64,000 nt of DNA. It comes from Nymphaea colorata. Taxonomy: Eukaryota. Positions 39,745 to 51,329 of this stretch are shown here, piece by piece. The position numbers and the translations under genes are program-made. Position 1 is the stretch's first letter. Each line of letters starts with the position of its first letter. The DNA is taken from assembly GCF_008831285.2 (NCBI RefSeq), contig NC_045138.2, forward strand, positions 33,108,001-33,172,000, read 5' to 3'. The notes beneath the pieces are model-generated. The model worked only from the letters and a program-made list of their open reading frames with translations, did not search any database and had not been told where the DNA came from.

Positions 39745-39928
39745 CTTATATTTGTTTAATAAGTCGCCTGGATGCATAATTTGATTAAGTAGTTCGTGCT
39801 GCACATTTGTACTCTCGCCTTTTTGTGACCCCTTTGATGCTGGTACTGCATTGGGTAGCGCGTACTATATTAGTCGGGTATAGTTTCCATGTAAGTTTTT
39901 GGGTACTTCCAACGCATCTCCCATGTAC
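39745..39928 (-). promoter_or_regulatory. Putative MIR397 promoter: TATA-like box plus five GTAC copper-response cores
   Basis: GTAC at 39809, 39843, 39862, 39903 and 39925, with minus-strand AAATATAAG at ~39754-39746. GTAC is the known SPL7/CRR1 binding core in copper-miRNA promoters. Confidence 0.7.
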
Positions 39929-41692
39929 TGCTTGCGGAATTTTCTTTTGTATACTTCACATTTGCTTTTCACACGTCACCCAGAAACCAGGTCACCCAGT
40001 ATTTTTAGTTTTTTAATGACATCGATGTGGATGCTTCATTGGATGATTTGATGGTTGGTGTGCAACAAAGAGAGCGTTGTTGGTTCTGGTTAGTTAGTAT
40101 GATTTTTATGTTATTAGTGAGATAGCAATGAGAAACTGTTCTTTTATTGAAGAGAAGGGTGAGCCCAGATCATAAAACTTTTATAAGAAACTGAAGCGAC
40201 AGATTTGAGAATTGCTAAAGGAGTTCAAATTGAACTGTGGCGTATAAAATTTTGTGATCGAAAGAGATCTGGACATGAGCAACTACTTAGAGTTTAGTAC
40301 TTCGAAGTTTTCATCTCCTATTTTTCTATTCTGAACGATAAGCTGGGGTTAGGTTGTGCCCCCCACGCATCAATCACTGAGGCTCGAATGTATAGCTCTA
40401 CCAAAAGAATCCTATGCACAACCAACATCGAATATTATAAGATAGTTATACCCAAAAAATCCTGTGCACATTTTCAACCAAAGGCTTACCTTCCAGCAAT
40501 GCTACAAAGAGGCTTAGACCATTCTACACAAAAGATTTGGCATCGCCTTGACACCAGTCCTTAACGTTCTGTACCTGTAATATATTGAATTTATCTACCG
40601 TCTGTTTAAAAGTGCAAGATTTTGACGTATTCCTTTGCTATATCATTTGACGGTGCCAGCGTAGATCAGATGTATCTCCTGGAGTCGGCATGTTGCATTC
40701 AAGGGGTTTTAATTGTCCCTGCTTTTATGTAAGTGTGCGTTTGATTGCCCCTGATTTAAAATCTTCAGGATTTAAAAACTATGGATTTAAGACCAGGTTC
40801 TCCCTCTTTAATCTTAAAACCAATTTTTTTTTAATGCACAAAGGTAGGTATGACCTAAGGTCTTTAGTTTGGTGAACTATGGATTTTACCGTAAATCTTT
40901 TGCCTAAAAGCATATCATATATATCCACTTCAGATCCATGGACTTGAAATATGGAGTAATAAAACGCTGCTTAAAGGTTCGGGTCCTGGTTTTTCCTTCA
41001 ATTAGATTCAATTCAAGATACCTTTCGTTCCTCCCACGTTTTCCTACGACGGTATAAGCTTTAGCTGAAAACAACCTGCAGAAAGATTCGAACCTTGACA
41101 ATCTTTCACGTTTCTTGGAAGAAGATTTAAGCACAGGTAAGAGATTTTTGGTGGGGAAGCTGCGATGAAAGCTTTATCAAACATTTTAAGCTATGTATCA
41201 AACGCCCAACAAAGAAAAGACGTATTAACAAGGTCCAACTCGCATGTCTTACAAGAAGCTGCGTTGGGAATCTTATGGAATGGACTCGAAAACTTGATGC
41301 AGGTTCTTTGCTTCAACATCTTTCTTAACTTCCACTGCCGCCATATGACATCAGAATTATTATTTGACTGGATGTTCAAATCTATTTATAATGAGGACGT
41401 CAATCCTAGATTACAGAGGCCAAGTCCAGCGCCCATATGTGGTTCAGAAAGTGAAAGAGGTCCATAAAGCCCTCGACGACGAACTCTGAGACGGGTCTTC
41501 GGGGTCGAAGCGGGAAAAAATGGTAAAACAATAGTCAATGGTAGTGTTCGTTTCCCATTCTATTTCTGCCTGGCTGCGAGGTCTTTCTTTATGTAATTTA
41601 CAAAAATAATTTTGTCATTTTTCTATCAATCATCCATTATTACAAAGTAGATGGCCCGCATGAGTAAGTTGAAACTTGGGTAACTTCGAATT

Positions 41693-41706
41693 ATATATAT
41701 ATATGG

Positions 41707-41750
<44 letters not shown>
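41693..41750. repeat. Compound (TA)n/(GA)n microsatellite
   Basis: Directly visible. Other SSRs lie at ~3587, 13296, 25657, 32391, 44374, 61179 and 62451. Confidence 0.9.
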
Positions 41751-41751
<1 letters not shown>

Positions 41752-43272
41752 ATAAAATGGAATGTGTAAGGATGATCCGGCTTTTAAATACCAACAAACG
41801 CCTAGCTACCAGCGGCGGCTGTATTAGTTTGACATTCGAACTAAATAAAAGAAGTGCATGTTGGAGTTCAAGCGTGGGATTATGCTAAGATGCTGTTTAT
41901 ATACTGCTCATGTTCCTTTAAAGAATTCATTCCTATTTAGACTCTTTGCGTCGACTTCATCTCTTGACCACCTTGTGCTTAATTTGCCGTGCAAATTTAG
42001 AGAACCACGGGAAGATCCCCCAATTCAAAGATATTCTTCCTCCAAATTAAACTCTGCTCTTCTTAGAGCACTACACGCTAACAGTTTTTGACGTTACAGC
42101 GGCACGGAAGCTTCAACAAGTCATTCGTTTCACGTCTTTCAACCTATAATGATGCTTTGATAGAAACCGAGTGCTGGTATTATGGACTTGCTCCCACCTC
42201 CTCCATTTGTGCTTGCACGTCGATAATGAAATTTGCTTAGCTTTTTATTATCACAAGCCTACTGGGCCAGATGATAAAGTGCTAGCGTTATTGCCCAATG
42301 TTTTTGTTATAATTTGCCTCCTTCAAACTTAGGCTCTGTCTCAGCACGCCTTCCTTGAGTCTCGCTTCTAGTTAATGATCAACGTAGTAAGAAAGAGATG
42401 GTGGTTCATTAGAGGCAAAGCCTCCCCGCCTTTTTCTTGTTCTCAGGGCTGCTTCGGGGCTTGAGTGATCCAATATATAGTACACATTTCAAGTCAACTG
42501 TTGTGTATGCCATTGCTTGTAGTTCAGAAAAGTAGCATTCATGGGAATCAAGTTGAGGATGCATGATCAAAGTGACATTAAGGTCGATCAGCTATGCTAC
42601 ACCCCTTGATGCACATAGTAACAAAGAGATGAATAAGGACTTCTTCAAAGAAGTGCAAAAGATTAATGGCTTAGAGGATTTTGATAAGTCAAGGGTTCGC
42701 TAAAGTGCCAGGAGGCCCGGACTAAAAATCCAAAGCTTATCAGACTAAGGATCATGGATGGGACTTGTGTGACGGTAATAATGTGAAGCGGAAATAAGGA
42801 AACAAGACAATTTCAAAAATACTACAGCAGCATAATATTGTAGAAGCACGGATGATGAGACTTGGAAGAGTTACATAAATAAGCCGGAAGTGAATGAATA
42901 TGACGACATGATGTAGTCTAATGAAAATCCGTCGTTTGTTTTCCATAAAGCAGTCTAGCTTTCTTGATGTTTGATGTAATAACATATGATTGCTTCTGTA
43001 GTGTTACAAAATTTGACAAGATATTTTTCCCGAAGAATTTTTCACAACCTATTCCATCGCTTGGATTGAGTTCCAATTTTCAGTAATCGGAATGTTATAA
43101 GCAACTCGTAGAAGCTCCAAACAGATATATAATAACCATCTTATATACACGTATAACTAGAACGGATGCCTACAGTTTTTTACACTAATGCAACGAAAGG
43201 GAACCATCGGCCATGATTAGTGATCACGTGCAAAAGGATATCTAGGAGTTGTTGCTCATAATATTTGCTGAA

Positions 43273-43875
43273 TTATCTGGCCCTTCTCTTCAAGATGACA
43301 CCAGCAGCTTCCTCCTGAAGAAGCTTATGGATCTGACTAGGTGGATTGCCGTGCCACACTTGGCCCGTCTTCATCCTGAGGCCCATTTTTGCGAGTTTAT
43401 CAGCAATCCTGTTTCCCTCCCTGTAAATGTGAGTGCACTTGCAGTTTTCTAGCAGAGCAAACTGGCATTTCATGTCAATGACATGCTTCTCCAACTGAAG
43501 GTTCCTGGTTCTCTTACCTGTTATAATATCCACAATCGTCTTGGCATCGCCTTCCATCCATAACTGAGACAAATCATTTTCACAGGCCAATCCGACTCCT
43601 CGCTTCGCGGCCAACATCTCAGCCATGATGCTGGTAGTGAATGGAATTGGTTCAGCGAAGCACAGCAAGACCTTGCCTTCATGATCCCTGATGATGCCAC
43701 CGATGCCTGCCTTGGCTGGGTTGTCCTTGACAGCTCCGTCGTAGTTGAGTTTCACAAAATTGCCTGAAGGTTTTTCCCATCTGAGGTACACAGAACGAGC
43801 ACATCGTGTGAGAATCAACGGTTTTCTCTGGATTAGGCTGATATCCGCAAAACGGCGTCCTAAGTTATGTATCAT
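43273..43875 (-). CDS. Stand-alone ribonuclease H-like (RVT_3 / non-LTR type) protein, 200 aa
   Basis: Intact ORF with WEKPSGNFVKLNYDGA, GIGGIIRDHEG, AEMLA, LWMEGDA and HIYREGNRIADKLA. All four acidic catalytic positions are present. No RT or zinc-finger sequence is evident upstream. Confidence 0.85.
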   Translation of the reverse strand: MIHNLGRRFADISLIQRKPLILTRCARSVYLRWEKPSGNFVKLNYDGAVKDNPAKAGIGGIIRDHEGKVLLCFAEPIPFTTSIMAEMLAAKRGVGLACENDLSQLWMEGDAKTIVDIITGKRTRNLQLEKHVIDMKCQFALLENCKCTHIYREGNRIADKLAKMGLRMKTGQVWHGNPPSQIHKLLQEEAAGVILKRRAR

Positions 43876-44590
43876 GACTGGTCTCAGAAGATATTACAGC
43901 AGAAAGCAAGATCCACTAATTTCAATAGATGAAACAATGATCTGAAAGAGTACTTTATATAGGACAAGAGGAAGGGAGACTGACAATTGAACATGAGAAC
44001 TAAGATAGCAATTCACGAAACGATTTCAAATTTAAGATTTAAAAGCAATGGGCATTGAAGAAGTGAGCAAATTTTGGAGGAAGAGGAAGATTGTTTATGC
44101 TGACAAGGAATTGATGTCGTCAAGAATGAAGCAACTGTAGCTTGGAGAATGCGGAAGGAATAAGATGGGGAAAAGAAGAGCAGCAGGCAATGGGGGGGAG
44201 ATTTTAAAATACCGTTACCAACCGAAGCACATGGCAAACGAAAGTTTTGAACCACCTGCTATCCTGTCACCTTCTGAATTTTGTGGCGACAGAAACAGAG
44301 GGGGAGAGAGACTTCAAGGTCCAAAATGACTCGTATCTCTTTCTCAATTTGGCTGTCCGAATTTGGGTTAATTTGGAGAGAGAGAGAGAGAGAGAGAGGA
44401 TTTGCTGCCATGAAACGTGAGACCTGAGTCAATGGCCAAATCTTACGCCGACATTTTCTGGAAGCAACAGCTCATGCAACTCCGGCATCGACAATAACTC
44501 TGGTCTGCGCGTCTGGATTCTGATTCAATTGAATCGGATCTAAGATAAGCACGTCAATTCAGTATTAAGACAGTGGAAAAGCACCATATC

Positions 44591-44720
44591 AAGAACTTAG
44601 GCTATGTGACCTTGTATCTTCTTATAGAATTCTGAAAATATAGATAGCGTCAAACACGTATGCAAATCAATGGCGCATTCTATATTCTAAATAAGCAGCT
44701 CCTTGTTGAAAGTGTCGAAA
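44591..44720 (-). pseudogene. Isolated relic of ENT exon 7
   Basis: AAGAACTTAGGCTATGTGACCTTGTATCTTC...CAAATCAATGGCGCATTCTATATTCTAAATAAG aligns with 49290-49428 of the intact ENT gene, with indels. Confidence 0.8.
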
Positions 44721-46552
44721 AAAAAAAATGTTTTTCATGCAAGTCGAATTTTACCCGATTGGGTTGAGGGTCTGCAGGATAAGTTTTCAGGGGTGAGCAG
44801 CGGCCAGAGGCTGATGGATGATTTTTTTTTTTGGCTAACAAGGGCCGCTATATAATTTCTCAAATTGTTCAAATCAATATTTTTAGAAATTTTATGCGAC
44901 AAATTTAATTTTGTGGGCCCCTTCTTCCTTGGTGGGGAGCATGCCTCCCTGTTCTGCATAATGCATCTCCTATCCCAAACTAAGCAATTTCATAGGCTGC
45001 AATCACGCACTGAAAGCGAAATGAAAGAAAGTAAAGGCATCATCCACCAGGGAAAGATCCAAACCTCAGGTTTCGTGAATTCAGAATTGGAGTGCATGTC
45101 ATCAAAAACGACTTGCGGCTTATATTCAATCTACACATTTTATCTTGTCAAACAGGAAGTTTTTCCCTCTTTAGATGGGAAGCAATAGCATCCCGACGAT
45201 TTCCACTATATTGGTATCGCCTAAAATCGGTCGATGCCCAATTGCCCATTTCCTCTTATGACTCGTACGCCTTGCGAGTTTATTATTATTATTATTATTA
45301 TTCCTCTTTTATATATTAAATTAAGTCATAATTTAATTTTTTAATTGAAAAGAAAAAATATGCAATATAGGTAGGGCTAAGCAGTGGGTCGGCCTGACCC
45401 AATAAAAAAAAAAAAAAACTGGGCTAGGGCCTGGTCGCACTCGCAGATGGTCATTATAACAGAGGCTCCGGTTGACTGCCAGCAACCTGGCCACATTAAA
45501 AATAAGATATATATTTTTAATATAATTTAGTATGTTCATATAATTAATTATAATCAAATACGTAATTATGTATGTACATTTAAATAAAACAATAATAAAA
45601 ATACAATTATTTTAATATGTTTCTAATATTTTTAAGATTTTTCTTATTGTAAATTAATTTTTTACATTTACTTTTCAACAAATGGTTTTTTGTTTTTTCG
45701 TAGCCGAATCAGTGAACAGTCCGCTTTGACGAATCAGCCGCCCCACCAGTGATTTAGTTGCACCATCAATTTTAAAATACTGGTTCTTAAACCTAACAAT
45801 TAATGCCATATATAATCATATATTTTTTGAAAAACAAGATCGTGGTGTTTTTGAAACATGCATTTTAAGAACTCAATATTTCTCTTATCAAAAGCTTTGA
45901 ATATAGCTTTCTACTTTTTAATTCTAGAAACTGAAGTCCCTGTCATTGGTGTAGATGAAAATCTAGATCGGGTTTTCGGTGAGAGGCCTCCACCTATTCT
46001 TGCAGTAGATTTACACGAACGGAGCTTATAGTCCCTAAGAATCTCAATGTTAAAGCTGCACATGGGTTGCTTTGCAACATAATTGATTTCTTAGGAAGAC
46101 GCATGATCATGACTAGTCTTTTACATTCAATGCCTTGTCTACGTTAGCTAATCTTCTGTAACAGAGAGACGTTACCAGTAATGATAGGTAGCATGCGTTT
46201 GGTAGCTAAAAAGGTGGTCGATGTAGTACTGATAAACGAATTCAAATATTTAAATACTTGCAGATATCCATGATTTAGTGGCCTTCAGAACAAGAATTCA
46301 AATGAACAATGCCCAATATAAATGAGGATTCAGCCACATTTCTCACCGTAACAATTGTCATTCGATTTGCATGAGCTATCTAGCAGATGAAACTTCAAGG
46401 AGGCTTCTTTTTCGTTTTTCAGTTTTGTTTTCCTGCAGATTGCGCCAAGAACCTTTCAAGGACAGACCGCTTTAATGGACTTTGGTGATTTTTATTATGT
46501 ATTATCAGCAGACCATGACTTTTAGTATTAAAATAGGTCACTAACTAGACTA

Positions 46553-46630
46553 GGTGTGCTGATATCTGGTGCAGCAGTTGGGTGTTGATATCAGCAGTTG
46601 GTGTGCTGATATCTGAGGCAGCAGTTTGGT
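46553..46630. repeat. Short imperfect tandem repeat (~3 copies)
   Basis: Repeated GTG(C/T)TGATATC...GCAGTT(T)GG units. Confidence 0.7.
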
Positions 46631-47389
46631 CGTGCTATCAGTAAGGTCATTTCTTGAACATGTTTTTTAAAGGTCGGTAGTAGTTCCTTTTATTTTCAAA
46701 CGTGTACCTGCTATTACCAATTATTTTTCAAATTGATCTCTAAAATATCTCCAAGAAAGAGATAATACAGTTCCTTTTAACATCCTCTTTTTTAGGTAAC
46801 ATTCATTATTTTTGAATGAAGGCTTGATGTTTAAGCACGGGGCTTGAAGAACTGCACTCAAAAAGAAGAATGGTTCAGTGACACAGCCACATCTGTGCTA
46901 GTTCTTCCATGCATTAATAGTTCTGAAATAGTTAATGAGGGCTTGGAAAAAATACAATCTGAGTTTAGCCTTGGGATTGAAGAAAGTGGCTGGCGTGGTG
47001 AACAGAATAGGGCATAATTGGCAATCTGAATCAGGTACCTGATTTGCTTCTTTTAAGTAGCTATTTTTAGTTTGATATGTATGAGATATTTTTAGCTTTC
47101 AGTTTGATGATCATTGTTTTTGGTGCACTTGTCAAAAATTTTGATTATGGAATCTTTATATAGAGGGCCTGTGCAAGTCTACTGCAGCTTGCATAAGCAA
47201 TCTGACTCACAGGTCTCTCTGCTCAAAGCTAGGCATTCCTATCTAAAATGCAATGTTGAAAATTTGCTATTAACTAAAATTGCTGCTAAATGGTTAATAG
47301 ATCCTTCCTGTTATGGTGCAATCTCTAAGGTTTGTCTTCTTCCAAACAGCTCTATATATTCTGTGACTCTGGTATTAATACTAGTACTA

Positions 47390-47745
47390 ATACTAGATTA
47401 GTGACACGCTGTTTCGTTACTGATACTTAGATTCAGTAACGCATATTGTCGTTACAAAATGTCAACAATTTGCAACAACCAATTTCCTCACTAAAGCCCA
47501 AGTTGCTCCCAAACCATACGTTTGCAAAGCAGAATTTGCAACATATCCTTTTTTTTGTTATAGATAATTAATAATGAAACATGGTTATTGGTGATACTTG
47601 ATCATTAGTAACAAAAGCTATTTTCGTTGCTAACAGATTCAGCATTGCGACTTTTACTAACAGACGTTGTCATGCAGTGTTTCTGTTGATAAAAATATTT
47701 AGCAACAACAAATGTGAGCTACTAAAGGTTGATTCTCTTGTAGTG
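47390..47745. mobile_element. CACTA-derived non-autonomous fragment
   Basis: Ends in TTCTCTTGTAGTG (reverse complement CACTACAAGAGAA, CACTA TIR-like). Many short GTTACT/GTTGCT/AGTAAC/AGCAAC subterminal-type repeats precede it. The left TIR was not found. Confidence 0.55.
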
Positions 47746-48009
47746 AATTCCAACTAATATATATATATATATATCAAATGAGGAGATGCTTTTATAAATG
47801 AGTTGTAAGCAAACTATCAAGTACACTTTTGAAAGATGGAATAAGTTATTCTTGCATTCATGTTTATCCTTTTCCACATGCTTTCAGCAATTTCCTGCAA
47901 AGGACATTTAATCCGCATTTGCAGTGTTAAAATGGAAAACATATTTTATACAAAATTTAAATTGGAGAATATTAAAAAGGAGTACATCAAATTTGAATTT
48001 CCTCTGGAT

Positions 48010-51000
48010 TCACCATCCCTTTCCTATGAGCCACAACCAATCAAGTGTAACTCCTGAGAAGATCCCGGCCAACAGGCAACAACATAACAAGTTCCCCAAC
48101 GCGTTCTGCTCAGGTCCCTGCAATACAGAAAATTCATTACTTGACCATAAATTCCTCTGCAACTCAATATGTCTGTAGCAGCAAGCCACCATTCAAGAAA
48201 CTAGTGCCTTTGTTTGGCCTTGAAAATATGGACACAGTAGTCTAATCCTATAAGAATTTTTTCCCTATTGGAAACTTTTTCATTGAAAAGGAAGACCGCA
48301 AGCAAGTACCTATATATCAAATTTCACAAGTTGAAAAAAATGTTATGGAATTCAAGTGCATAAAATGATTATACAAAAAAGAGCTTTTTTCAAATTGATG
48401 ATATCTTCAAAATGTGGCCTTCTTTGAAAGTCAGACCTGTCTTCAATAAAACAATGAGACCCCCAAAATAAATTTTAGTTGTTAAATTTGGTTTCATCGA
48501 CTTGCTAGCCACCTAAAACTCATTAAGAACCCAAAAAGGTAGTGAAGAGGAAAGAAGCAAATGCAGAGAAATGGTACAAATTTTGCTTTTAAGATCACAT
48601 CTACATGAATATGCACTTCTAATCAAATCACGTACCTGGGAATGCAACAACTGTTGAAAAGTTAATACAGCTAGTAAGAGAAAAGAGAACAAACCTTGTA
48701 ACCTTTAGGTGCTTCAGTAAGGATACAGACAGTTAGGTGACCATTAGTTAACCCCAAGATTGATGTCAGCATTATCATCCATCCTTGGTCTCCATACTTG
48801 GCCGTAAAGTAAAATGCAGGGATCAGCAGAAACCGTGAGAGGCATGCTATTGTCAGGAAGTACCTAGAAGTTATCTTCACCATTTTGATCAAAGGAGTAT
48901 ATCTCCCAATCAGATCAGAAACATTGTAAGACGCAACTAGAACCAACCCGTACCTGAACAAATCAATTCAGAAAATCAGCATATGCACATCCAGTCACTC
49001 TCCATTTTCGCAAAACATTAGACTTTGAAAAACCATTCTTCACTATAAAAAGTTGATTTAGAGTGATGCATCTCATTAATTTTATTATTATAAAGTGAAA
49101 CTAGTAGGCAGACAGCTGTGCCATGAAATTTGATAGATATTGATGATAGAAGGCAGCAAAGATTTATTTAAGAAATATGGAACCCACATATTTTGCGCAT
49201 AGGTAGTGAGATCTAAGCTGCTAAATACTACAAATGATGCTAAATGACCATATCAATTCAACATGAAGAGAGTGGAATAGACCCATACCAAGAACCTAGG
49301 CTATGTGACCCTGTATCTTCATACAGAAATCCTGGAAATATGGATAATGTCAACACATATATCAGATACAAATCAATGGCATAGTCTATATTCTGAATAA
49401 GGAGCTGCTTATTGCTGAAGCGTTGAAAGTCCTTTGGATTCTCGGAGTCCTGAAAAGGCATGACAAATTTTCGAGTGAGTAAACAGGGAAACGTGTTTTC
49501 TAAATAAAAATCATAAACTAACCGCTGCAGTATCTTGCAGTACACCTCCTGCAGCAAGATCAGCTGACACAGTTTTTGATCCTTCAGAAGCTGCCTTTGA
49601 ACGATAATACTTCACGATTTCTAGTTTAGGGAAGACAAATGCATAAAGCAGAACGCATGCCAGCTCAAATGTTGAACAAATAGAAAAAAAGAGTACTGCA
49701 AATGCAATAAACCAGCATTAGTGGGAGCATGAGATTATATGTACTAAAAAAAATAACCAAAACATAATTAAAGTTGCACTTATTGTGGAATTATGCCAAT
49801 ATAGGCTGCCCAGATACTGAACTCAATCATCCTCAACTAGAAGTCTTAAGCAAATCTTCTAAAACAGGTACATTGCCCTTGTTGGTAATAGACTGGACAA
49901 CAAACATTAGTATAATAGAAGTTCAATTGTTTTTCCCTCTTGTCCTACGTTCAAGCATCAGTCCGAGTAGAACCATTCTCACACAATAGAGCCAAATTTC
50001 AGCCATTAGATTTAATGTTAAAATGAAAGCTTTTGGGAATTCTAAAAGGTTATGTTGTTGATGCTAAAGGTAGGAAGTTGTCTTTGTGAACGATCATGAT
50101 GCAAACGCATCTACAGTGGTCAAGTTATTTTCAATATGATGATACTATTTCAAGTATAATAAGGTGATACATACAATTAATTTCAATAAAAAGCAGGCGT
50201 TTCCCAATTGTAGATTGTCCAGCAAACTGGTGTAGCATGGTACTGGAGGATCCAACACCAAGCTTTGCATCGGATAAAATAGAATTCAAGGCAAAGTATT
50301 TTATTGATTTGAAAGAATATCACTCACTTGCTCCTTTCCGAAGACCATTTTTAGAATTTTCAAAGGCTGCTTTTGTGATAAACCTCAGAGCAGATGTTAG
50401 AGCTCCAGAAGCAGCAAGACCGGCCATGAAAGACTGCATTTTTCGTGGGGAACTAAAAGTCAGTAGTGCTATAAAAAATCTAGAACTTAATAAGAATGAT
50501 AAGTCATACTGTCATACTAACTTGTTACCTGTATAAATTCAGGACGCATCAAGGACAGGTCACCAAGCATTCCTCCCTGGACGTGAGCATCTGCTATCCC
50601 AAATGCTCCACTAATCGCACAAATGCCAACATAAGTACCGATTCCTCCCTTTCCTGACGTGGCTAGATCTAACTAAGAAAGCAAAGTTCATTGAATTATT
50701 ATATTGCTATCAGGTTGTTTATATTAGTTTCAAACCCTTCCTCACTCTTCCCCACTCTCCTCCTAGAAAATAAAATACGTAAGAGATTTTTACTCGGCCC
50801 CGTTCTCAAAGAAGTTTTGTGAAAAAAGATCTTACCACTATAACTAGAAGAGAACTTATGAAGAATAGGGTGTAGCCACCCAAGTTGCGACGCCTGGTGT
50901 TCAGCCTAGCTTCATAATATGTGAGCAGAGCAATAGTCCCCAAAGCAAATGGCTGGTATACCAATGTGAGAACCCTTGAAGGATGGTACCTCTGCATACC

Positions 51001-51329
51001 ACAAAAGAATCTATTGGACATATACTCTTTCGAAGTTCACAAGGAACATTATGACTGATCCAAGTTATATAAAATAAAGCTAAAAGAACTCACAGGAAAT
51101 AGGTAGCCGTAGTAATCCTCAATTGTGAGCATGCTGTTCCATGAGAGCAGAGACCCATTCCCAAGGATCCAGCACATAACAAGTGCTGCATATTTGCCCT
51201 GTAAGGTGCCAACAGTACCCTTTTTTCCTTAAGACACAATGAGATTGAGCAAGGAGCAGAAATACAAACGCATTGAAGTGACAAGACCTTAGCAGGAATG
51301 GCAGCTGCATTTTCGTCCTTGGCAGTCAT
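48010..51329 (-). CDS. ENT3: Equilibrative nucleoside transporter, ENT3-like, 417 aa
   Basis: Nine GT-AG exons (51329-51288, 51198-51094, 50991-50836, 50672-50529, 50433-50328, 49695-49523, 49449-49289, 48953-48695, 48117-48010) total 1254 nt in an open frame. Motifs include WNSMLTIEDYY, YHPSRVLTLVYQPF, LTLSIFPGFLYEDTG, GLTNGHLTVC, GPEQNALGN and LDWLWLIGKGW. A 5'UTR exon probably lies near 52385-52560. Confidence 0.96.

Noticed and set aside
46553..46630. Short repeats as a CRISPR-like array
   Set aside because: Eukaryotic context, imperfect units and no unique spacers.
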